64,000 nucleotides of DNA from positions 8,598-72,597 of IMG/VR virus record IMGVR_UViG_3300027857_000004. One strand, written 5' to 3'. The notes beneath the pieces are model-generated. The model ran no database searches. It was given only the letters and a program-made list of their open reading frames with translations, and had not been told where the DNA came from. Positions 57,117 through 64,000 of the stretch are shown one piece after another. The position numbers were made by a program, and so were the translations under genes. This stretch comes from a virus. Each line of letters starts with the position of its first letter. Position 1 is the stretch's first letter.

Positions 57117-58036
57117 TAAATCCGGTAGACAAAACAGCCGGTGTCACTCCGATACCGGCTTACAAAAGCTCCGCCCAGGTCATTCTCTTTTCGAAGAAGG
57201 TGATGGTAATCCTGCCGTGGTTCAAACAGGTCTCGCCCATTACAGCGTTCTGCGCGGCGCAGCTTATCGACCGGCGCCGGACGGCAACGCTGTTGAACTG
57301 GGGCGATGCGTTCATCGCGCACACGCGCAATCACTGCGCGGAGATTTTCCTTAATTCGGAATGCGACTACGCTTTCTGGATGGATGATGATATGGTGTGC
57401 CCGTTCGGCAACGCTGAGTGGTTTGAGATGCACACGCAATTTTATTTCCCCGAACCTTTTCGCTCTTTCAACACGCTCGACCGGCTGATGAGCCACGGCA
57501 AGTCTCTGGTTGGTGGATTGTATTTCGGACGGCATCGTTTCGGACCACCGGTCACGAACGAAGGTGCGAATCCGAAGATGGCTGACTACTTACGAAAAGG
57601 TCCGTATGACAAGCTTCAAGAAACTCGCTGGGTTGGCACTGGTTGTCTTCTCACTCATCGCTCTGTATTCGAGGACATCGAGAAAAAATTTCCGCGACTG
57701 TCCCGTGGTCCGGCGAAGACGGGTGGCAACTGGTTCACGTCGACCGAGGCGAGTCTCTTGGATAACGTGCAAAGAGTGCGTAACGCGCTGGCCGAGGGTG
57801 GGCCGGTAACAGCTGAGAAGGCATACAAAGCGCTCGAAGGGCTCGATGCAGCACTATCATTGTCAAAAAACGAAAACGACCTTGGGTCCGGGGAAGACGT
57901 TTCGTTTTGTCTGCGCGCGAAAACAGCCGGGCACACTCCGTATGTAGACCTGGGTTTGATTTGCGGTCACCTGGGGCATTGTGTTTACGGTCCGCACAAC
58001 ACCGGTTCAAAGCCTCTCCAAAAGTTAAGTCAATGA
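57113..58036 (+). CDS. GT-A fold glycosyltransferase (GT2-like)
   Basis: IAHTRN, FWMDDDM, VGGLYFGR, VGTGCLL, GEDVSFC, GH. Confidence 0.85.
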   Translation: MINPVDKTAGVTPIPAYKSSAQVILFSKKVMVILPWFKQVSPITAFCAAQLIDRRRTATLLNWGDAFIAHTRNHCAEIFLNSECDYAFWMDDDMVCPFGNAEWFEMHTQFYFPEPFRSFNTLDRLMSHGKSLVGGLYFGRHRFGPPVTNEGANPKMADYLRKGPYDKLQETRWVGTGCLLTHRSVFEDIEKKFPRLSRGPAKTGGNWFTSTEASLLDNVQRVRNALAEGGPVTAEKAYKALEGLDAALSLSKNENDLGSGEDVSFCLRAKTAGHTPYVDLGLICGHLGHCVYGPHNTGSKPLQKLSQ

Positions 58037-58782
58037 GTGCGCCCACGAAAATTTTAGTGGCCCTTCAGTTCTGGGAAGGCGACCGCGCGCAAGCGGGCAA
58101 GCTCACGGAGTATCTTGCTGACTTGGAAAAAACGCACAACGACCAAGCGGATTTTCTTCTCGTCAATAGATTCGACTGCAAGCCGCTGGCCAAAGAGCAG
58201 GCGTATTTGTCGCGCAAGTTCAATATTTTTTCGTATCAGTCCCCGCGCGGCGCGACCGGCTGGCCTTACGGCTGCAACTCGCTCGCCGCGTCGACTGTTA
58301 CCTGGGCCTATCGAATGGGTGAAGCGAAACGCATACCGACCTACAAAGCAATCTTTACGTGCGAGTCCGATGGGTGCCCGGTTTTCGCGGACTGGATTTC
58401 GCGCATGTCATTCGCCTGGGACACCGTCAACGTATTGAAGCCGGTATGCATCGCTGGGCCACTCGTGCAAGTTCCGGCTGAGCATATAAACGGAAACTGT
58501 TTGATTGGCGGCAGCATCGCAAATTTACAATGGATGAGCCGGTGCATCCACGGAGTGCACTCGGGCGGCTGGGACTTCGTATTGGCGAATGAATTCCGGA
58601 ATCGCGGCTGGGCAAATATAGCTGGCATGTTGAGTCTTTACAACACGCGCGATTACACGCTCGACCGCTACAATCGGTTAGTTCAGGATAACGTAATCTG
58701 GGTGCACGGCTGCAAGGATTCGTCGCTGATGGACCTGGGTAGAATTCACATACTTGGTGCTGATAATGTCCCCGCTCTCTAA
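58033..58782 (+). CDS. Putative glycosyltransferase
   Basis: GWP.G.N, ESD (DxD-like), HINGN, WD, HGCKD. Confidence 0.55.
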   Translation: MSAPTKILVALQFWEGDRAQAGKLTEYLADLEKTHNDQADFLLVNRFDCKPLAKEQAYLSRKFNIFSYQSPRGATGWPYGCNSLAASTVTWAYRMGEAKRIPTYKAIFTCESDGCPVFADWISRMSFAWDTVNVLKPVCIAGPLVQVPAEHINGNCLIGGSIANLQWMSRCIHGVHSGGWDFVLANEFRNRGWANIAGMLSLYNTRDYTLDRYNRLVQDNVIWVHGCKDSSLMDLGRIHILGADNVPAL

Positions 58783-59701
58783 AGTTTTAATCACCGGTGG
58801 GCGCGGCCTAGTGGGAAGCGCTTTGCTTCGTGTGTTGCGCGCGAATGGGTTCGCCAATATTGAAGCTCCGAGAAGCGATGAGCTGAATTTGTGCGAGCAA
58901 GAACAAGTCCGAGTCGCGATGGACGCAATTCATCCCGATTGGATTTTTCATTGCGCTGCTCGCGTGGGAGGAATCGTGGGCAATGCCAAGGCACCGGCGG
59001 ATTTCATTCGTGATAACCTGCTGATGCAGACAAACGTGATTGAAGCCGCTCGTCGCTCGGGTGTTCGTAAGCTGCTTTTTCTTGGTTCAGCATGCGTGTA
59101 TCCCAAGTTTGCGAACAATCCAATTCAGGAATCGTCGCTGATGACCGGCGAACTAGAGCCTTCAAATCGTGCCTATGCGATAGCAAAAATCGCGGGCATC
59201 GAAATGTGCCAAGCATATCGCAAGCAGTATGGATGCAACTTCATCGCAGCGATGCCTACGAACCTTTACGGGCTGAGTGACCACTACGACCTGGAGAACA
59301 GCCACGTCCTGCCGGGTATGATTCGGCGAATGCACGAAGCAAAAACCGCGGGGCAGCCTTCGGTTACGCTTTGGGGAACTGGCCAACCGACCCGTGAGTT
59401 TTTATTTGCGGACGACTTAGCGGAAGCGTGTCTTTTCTTGATGAACTATTACGACGAAGGCGCGCTGATAAATATCGGGTCCGGCCAGGAAATCCCGCTG
59501 TATGTCGCCGCGAATCACGTCAAGAATGCTGTCGAGTATAAAGGCTGGATTGAGTGGGACACATCAAAGCCGGATGGCACGCCTCGCAGGCAACTTGACA
59601 GTTCCAAGATTTTCGAGCTGGGCTGGAAACCCAAGGTGTCGCTCGAAGATGGATTAGCAAGAGCATATTTAGATTTTGTATGTCGAACCACCGTGCTTTA
59701 A
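58766..59701 (+). CDS. fcl: GDP-L-fucose synthase
   Basis: [57 protein letters not shown]. Confidence 0.95.
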   Translation: MSPLSKVLITGGRGLVGSALLRVLRANGFANIEAPRSDELNLCEQEQVRVAMDAIHPDWIFHCAARVGGIVGNAKAPADFIRDNLLMQTNVIEAARRSGVRKLLFLGSACVYPKFANNPIQESSLMTGELEPSNRAYAIAKIAGIEMCQAYRKQYGCNFIAAMPTNLYGLSDHYDLENSHVLPGMIRRMHEAKTAGQPSVTLWGTGQPTREFLFADDLAEACLFLMNYYDEGALINIGSGQEIPLYVAANHVKNAVEYKGWIEWDTSKPDGTPRRQLDSSKIFELGWKPKVSLEDGLARAYLDFVCRTTVL

Positions 59702-60654
59702 TAACTGGAATCACTGGACAGGACGGTTCATATTTGGCCGAGCTGTTGCTGTCGAAAGGCTATGAAGTAAGCGGCATTATTCGCCGGGCGAGCACGTTCA
59801 ACACGGCGCGCATTGACCATATTTTCGATAAGTTGAACATTCAACACGGAGACCTGACGGATGGCAGCAACCTTACCCGGTTGGTTCGAGACATGAATCC
59901 AACCGAGGTGTATAACCTGGGAGCCCAGAGCCACGTCAGAGTCAGTTTCGACACGCCCGAATACACCGCGGAAGTTACCGGCACCGGCACGATTCGATTG
60001 CTCGAAGCGATTCGCGCCAGCGGCTGCAATCCCCGGTATTATCAGGCCAGCTCCAGCGAAATGTTCGGCTCAGCGCCGCCACCGCAGAATGAGCTGACCC
60101 GGTTTCACCCTCGCAGTCCTTACGGTTGCGCGAAGGTCTTCTCATATCACGCGACCGTGAACTATCGCGAGAGCTACGGGATGCACGCAACGAACGGAAT
60201 TCTTTTCAACCACGAGTCGCCCAGGCGCGGAGAGACCTTCGTGACGCGCAAGATTGCCCGCGCCGCAGCCCGAATCGCGCTAGGGCTACAAAAAGAGCTT
60301 GTGTTGGGCAATCTCGATGCGAAGCGCGACTGGGGTCATGCGAAAGATTTTGTGCAAGCAATGTGGATGATGCTTCAACAACCGCACCCGGACGATTTTG
60401 TTGTGGCGACCGGTGAGACACACTCGGTTCGAGAGTTTCTCGACTTGGCGTTTAAACACGTTAATCTCGACCCCGAGAAATATGTTATTATCAACCCTAG
60501 ATATTTTCGCCCGGCGGAGGTGGACGTGCTGCTCGGTGACTCGACAAAAGCGCGGCAGCTGCTCGGATGGCAGCCCACGGTAAGTTTTACGCAGCTCGTG
60601 GACGAAATGGTTCATGCTGAGCTACAAGAATTGAGTTGTGTTTCCGATAGGTAG
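59680..60654 (+). CDS. gmd: GDP-mannose 4,6-dehydratase
   Basis: [48 protein letters not shown]. Confidence 0.97.
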   Translation: MSNHRALITGITGQDGSYLAELLLSKGYEVSGIIRRASTFNTARIDHIFDKLNIQHGDLTDGSNLTRLVRDMNPTEVYNLGAQSHVRVSFDTPEYTAEVTGTGTIRLLEAIRASGCNPRYYQASSSEMFGSAPPPQNELTRFHPRSPYGCAKVFSYHATVNYRESYGMHATNGILFNHESPRRGETFVTRKIARAAARIALGLQKELVLGNLDAKRDWGHAKDFVQAMWMMLQQPHPDDFVVATGETHSVREFLDLAFKHVNLDPEKYVIINPRYFRPAEVDVLLGDSTKARQLLGWQPTVSFTQLVDEMVHAELQELSCVSDR

Positions 60655-60665
60655 CCTGCTATTAT
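60636..60665 (+). promoter_or_regulatory. Host sigma70-type promoter TTGTGT-18-TATTAT with extended TG
   Basis: ATG at 60672 lies 6 nt after the -10 box. Confidence 0.55.
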
Positions 60666-60671
60666 TTACTA

Positions 60672-61319
60672 ATGATTTGCGCTGGTAGTTTAATTGAAAA
60701 ACAGGAGCCACTCCAGGCTAAAGATGGAGGTTCAACACCTACCCCAGCGCTCCAATTTAAGTTTGGGCTGGTGAAGCAGATTCCCATGTCTCCCGTGGTT
60801 CGGGATTTCGTAGAATCCCGTCACTACTCCAAAACAATTACGGGGTTAACCGGAGTAATTCCTTTCGGGATTTTTAACCCCGAGTTAGCGGGTGTTATAC
60901 TTTTTGGGACTCCCGCATTTCCTCGTGTAGCAGAAAAGTATTGCCCCGGCAATCCAAAAGCGGTTATTGAGCTAAGAAGAATGGTGCTGATTGACGAGAC
61001 GCCCAAAAACACAGAAAGTTTTTTTATTGCGAAGGCCCTGAAGTGGCTTAGACAAAACACGGACTTCCGTTTTGTGTTATCGTATTCGGACCCGAGATAC
61101 GGGCACTCTGGTGTGGTTTACAAGGCGACCGGATTCCAATGCGTAGGTCGAACGGCAAAGAAAAAATTAATAATTCGAGACGGATATGTTCGGCAGACCC
61201 GGGCGCTATGGCAACGAGACGGAGCGATGGCGGCAGATATAAAAGAGGAGCTAAGACTTGGTGTGAGCCGATTGGAAGAAACACCTCCAAAGTTTATTTA
61301 TCTTTTAAAATTGCGATGA
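60672..61319 (+). CDS. mom: Mom-like DNA adenine-modifying GNAT enzyme
   Basis: FVESRHYS, GVILFG.P, IELRRM.L....PKNTESFFI, SYSDP..GHSG.VYKATGF. Confidence 0.8.
   Translation: MICAGSLIEKQEPLQAKDGGSTPTPALQFKFGLVKQIPMSPVVRDFVESRHYSKTITGLTGVIPFGIFNPELAGVILFGTPAFPRVAEKYCPGNPKAVIELRRMVLIDETPKNTESFFIAKALKWLRQNTDFRFVLSYSDPRYGHSGVVYKATGFQCVGRTAKKKLIIRDGYVRQTRALWQRDGAMAADIKEELRLGVSRLEETPPKFIYLLKLR
60679..60754 (+). tRNA. tRNA-Gly(TCC)-like element inside the mom ORF
   Basis: 76 nt; acceptor GCGCTGG/CCAGCGC, U73, encoded CCA; D stem GTTT/AAAC; AGCC-ACTCCA-GGCT; T arm GGAGG-TTCAACA-CCT(A)CC. Confidence 0.7.
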
Positions 61320-62059
61320 ATGAAAACACTTTGGTCAGCGTGCACGGTTACGCGGGCGACCTTCACCAGATTCGCTGGCTGCTCCCGTATTATCTTCATC
61401 ATCAGTGTCCCGTTGCAATCTGCGCGCCCGAAGACTCGCCGATTACATCTTCGATTCTCTCCCCCAGAAAAGAGATTCGATATATCAACGCAGGCAAGCG
61501 TGCTTACATAGGCCAGCTCTCGCTCGACCGGCAAGCGATTCACCTTCAGAAGCTGCTCGAAGCGGGACCGTATCAGTGGTTCCTGATGAACGATTCCGAC
61601 TCGGTGTGTTTGTCGCCGAGGCTGCCTGATTACCTTTTCGCAGACCCCAGCATTGTATGGTCAAACGTGGTCAGTGACGAAATGCATCCGCGCGCCGCGA
61701 CGTATCCGTTCCCGCGGCTAGCTTTTCAGCCGCCTTATTTCATGTCGCGTTCGTGCGTTGAGAAACTGGTTGAGGTGGCGCCGCGCGTTCCGGCTGACGT
61801 GGACGGAATTGAAGCGCGCACACCGTTTATAGATTGGTGTATGATGGCGTGGTCTATCCGCGCCGGGCTCGGCTACCGGTCTTTTCCGGATGGCATTTCG
61901 GTTCCCACGAACGAAGACAATCGCGCCTCGTGCGACTGTATGGATAATGAGGTGCAGCACAATGGGAAGATTTTCCTGCACTCGGTGAAGCGGCGTGAAA
62001 TGATTTTGAGAGTTGCTTATTCTAGGTTGCGGTATAAGAAGTCGCATAATATCAAATAA
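61316..62059 (+). CDS. Putative glycosyltransferase
   Basis: FLMNDSDSVCL DxD motif, QPPY, C-terminal HSVK; within the sugar cassette. Confidence 0.6.
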   Translation: MNENTLVSVHGYAGDLHQIRWLLPYYLHHQCPVAICAPEDSPITSSILSPRKEIRYINAGKRAYIGQLSLDRQAIHLQKLLEAGPYQWFLMNDSDSVCLSPRLPDYLFADPSIVWSNVVSDEMHPRAATYPFPRLAFQPPYFMSRSCVEKLVEVAPRVPADVDGIEARTPFIDWCMMAWSIRAGLGYRSFPDGISVPTNEDNRASCDCMDNEVQHNGKIFLHSVKRREMILRVAYSRLRYKKSHNIK

Positions 62060-62099
62060 AGAGTTGTGGTGTTGGGCACTGTTTTGCGATATTAGTGAC

Positions 62100-62550
62100 A
62101 TGAGATACTGTGCTAAGTGCAACCAGGACAAAGATGCTTCGGCTTTTGGGAAAGACAAACACTCGCCCGATGGACTTCTGTATACCTGCAAGGAGTGCAG
62201 AAAAGCCGCTAAGAAAAGCAATCCCGGGACCATGCGAGCGGCTCGGGAGGCTACTCAGAAGTATCGGGCCAACAATTTAGAAAAAACCCGGCAACAAGAC
62301 CGAGAAGCACAGGCTAGAAAACGGGCATCAGAAACTACAGAGGAATATGAACAACGATTGGCCGGTATGCGGGATTATCAACGCCGGGTCAAGCCCTGGA
62401 TAGGCCGAAAAAGAACGCCCAAAGACACCGCGCGAGGCAGCGAGAGTGATTCAGCGATACCACAACGACCCGGCGTTTAAAGCAAAAATGAATTTCCAGC
62501 CCAAATGGGCAAAAGACAATTTGGAAAAGGGAGACCGTTGGGAAGGATAA
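62100..62550 (+). pseudogene. Frameshifted, internally deleted HNH endonuclease
   Basis: CAKC...F.KD...DGL...CKEC N-terminus; another frame ends NFQPKWAKDNLEKG, matching the 41204 gene terminus, with the HNH core missing. Confidence 0.65.
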
Positions 62551-62574
62551 CCTTGGCCGCAAAAAGCAACGCGC

Positions 62575-62603
62575 CCGCAACTGTAACTGGTTGCGGGTTT
62601 TTT
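62575..62603 (+). terminator. Rho-independent terminator overlapping the -35 element of the capsid promoter
   Basis: cccgcaac-8-gttgcggg followed by a T run; TTGCG-N17-CGACTGTT at 62591-62620. Confidence 0.75.
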
Positions 62604-62783
62604 GTTTTTTACCGACTGTTTGTTGGAGCTTAATGCAGCCCGTCTCGCTCCAGGTGGGAATCGGCCTTACCTTGCCGCTACTGGCCAAGCGACGAACATA
62701 GTTCTTGCGTGAGAGAACGAATTTCTTACGCCCGGTTATAGAGACCCGGATTATGTAAGTCTCGGTAAGTAGCAATTTTTCTT

Positions 62784-64000
62784 ATGGCATTTTTCTGTGA
62801 TAACCCGAGCGATATAAGTGATATCGCATCGAAAGATACGAATCGAATCGTCGGCAGCATTGCCAAGGCTGTCGCTGCAAATTCGGTTTATATGAACGTC
62901 ATCGGCGGGGGCGTCTTCCCGTCCGGCACGTCCGACGCAATTCGGTCAGTCGTCCAGATGCAAGCGGCTCCTGGCGATAGCTTAGCTATCCCCAATTTCG
63001 TTTGCGATACCGACATCTGCGGTAACCTGGGCATTCAGGATTTGACCGATACGGTCGAATTCACCCTGCGGCTCGAATCGTTCCGCGGTCGTGGTCCTAA
63101 CATCTGCGTTAAGAAAGGCTATGCGGCTTTCAAAGGCAGTTACGTTATGGCCGAAGACTCGATGAAGAAACTCGTGACCCAGTATATCAACTCGGACATT
63201 CGCGCCCAGTTGTATCTGCGTTCTGCGAGCAAATTCACCGCGAACGCCAACTACGACTTCAACTCGCTTTTCACCGGCGGTCTGGAAACCGACCTGGGCG
63301 TCAAATTCGCCCCTCTGTTGCCTACCGGCCCGATGACTTTCAAAGCGCTGCACTTCATCGCTCGTTACCTCAAGGAAGTTTTGTTTGCCGACTGGTATTC
63401 CCAGGAGAGCATGCCGCACTTCCGGTTCATCGCGGGCACCGACCAGATTGAATATTTTCGCTCTGAAGTCGGCGTGCAGAACGTGATGATTGGTTTGACC
63501 ACCGGCGGCTACAAGCTCGGTGAGCAAACGTTGACCGCTTACAGTTTCGAACAGAGCCCGGCCTACCGGGGTCTCGCGTTCGGTGTTGACCAGCGTCCGC
63601 TTCGCGCCACCGGCTTCAATGCTGACGGCACTCTCGCCTTGGTTGACCCTGTGACCATCGTCGCTAACCCGGCTCGTGGTGTGGCATTCGCCAAACCCAA
63701 TCCGGCGTGGCTCAATGCCCCTTACGAAGTCGGCACGCTCATCGCTGACGGTTCGTTCGAGCGGCTCGTGCCTGAGAAGTATGTGGGCGAAGGTTCGTTC
63801 AAGTTCGCGCCCCAGCTTCACATGGGTGAGCTTGAGTGGCACTACGTGATTGACAACGAGTGTAATAGCCGGGGAGACTTCGGCTGGCACCAGTATCAAA
63901 TCACCCGTGCGTATCGGCCTCTGCGACCGCACTGGATTATCCCGATTCTGTATCAGCGCTGCACTGCTGACCTGGGCCTCGTGAGCTGCAATACCACGAA
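62784..64000 (+). CDS. Major capsid protein (3'-truncated; absent from the ORF track)
   Basis: Frame MAFFCDNPSDISDIASKDTNRIVG...RGRGPNICVK...; strongly biased codon usage, own phage promoter, position after portal and scaffold. Confidence 0.75.
   Translation, partial: MAFFCDNPSDISDIASKDTNRIVGSIAKAVAANSVYMNVIGGGVFPSGTSDAIRSVVQMQAAPGDSLAIPNFVCDTDICGNLGIQDLTDTVEFTLRLESFRGRGPNICVKKGYAAFKGSYVMAEDSMKKLVTQYINSDIRAQLYLRSASKFTANANYDFNSLFTGGLETDLGVKFAPLLPTGPMTFKALHFIARYLKEVLFADWYSQESMPHFRFIAGTDQIEYFRSEVGVQNVMIGLTTGGYKLGEQTLTAYSFEQSPAYRGLAFGVDQRPLRATGFNADGTLALVDPVTIVANPARGVAFAKPNPAWLNAPYEVGTLIADGSFERLVPEKYVGEGSFKFAPQLHMGELEWHYVIDNECNSRGDFGWHQYQITRAYRPLRPHWIIPILYQRCTADLGLVSCNTT

Noticed and set aside
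62982-63932. 316-aa minus-strand ORF
   Set aside because: Antisense shadow of the codon-biased major capsid gene.

Overview
A 64 kb slice of a tailed dsDNA phage genome with podovirus-like organisation (large ejected internal proteins, no tape measure gene), probably most of a circularly permuted genome. 1-15.9 kb (+): tail and internal virion genes, including a 2556-aa polyvalent protein. 15.9-38.9 kb (-): early/replication genes (metallophosphoesterase, RuvC-like resolvase, sigma factor, primase-helicase, family A DNA polymerase, SSB-like protein, Cas4-like exonuclease, SF2 helicase, nucleotide enzymes). 39.2-64 kb (+): late genes (candidate TerS, surface proteins including a DUF3494 ice-binding protein, serine recombinase, TerL, portal, scaffold, a glycosyltransferase/GDP-fucose cassette, a Mom-like GNAT, and the major capsid gene running off the end). 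About 12 free-standing GIY-YIG/HNH endonuclease genes are present, three of them decayed. Main observations: (1) a 76-nt tRNA-Gly-like cloverleaf lies inside the 5' end of the Mom-like ORF; (2) a bipartite phage promoter TWGCS-N17-CGACTRTW occurs 13 times with invariant spacing and mostly drives leaderless genes; (3) the giant virion protein is a string of modules separated by QF(A/S)P-like linkers, one of which is a paralogue of a stand-alone early gene; (4) an ice-binding domain is inserted into an FN3-like protein; (5) a perfect 51-bp inverted repeat sits at the transcription divergence point. All family assignments come from motif recognition by eye; no searches were run.
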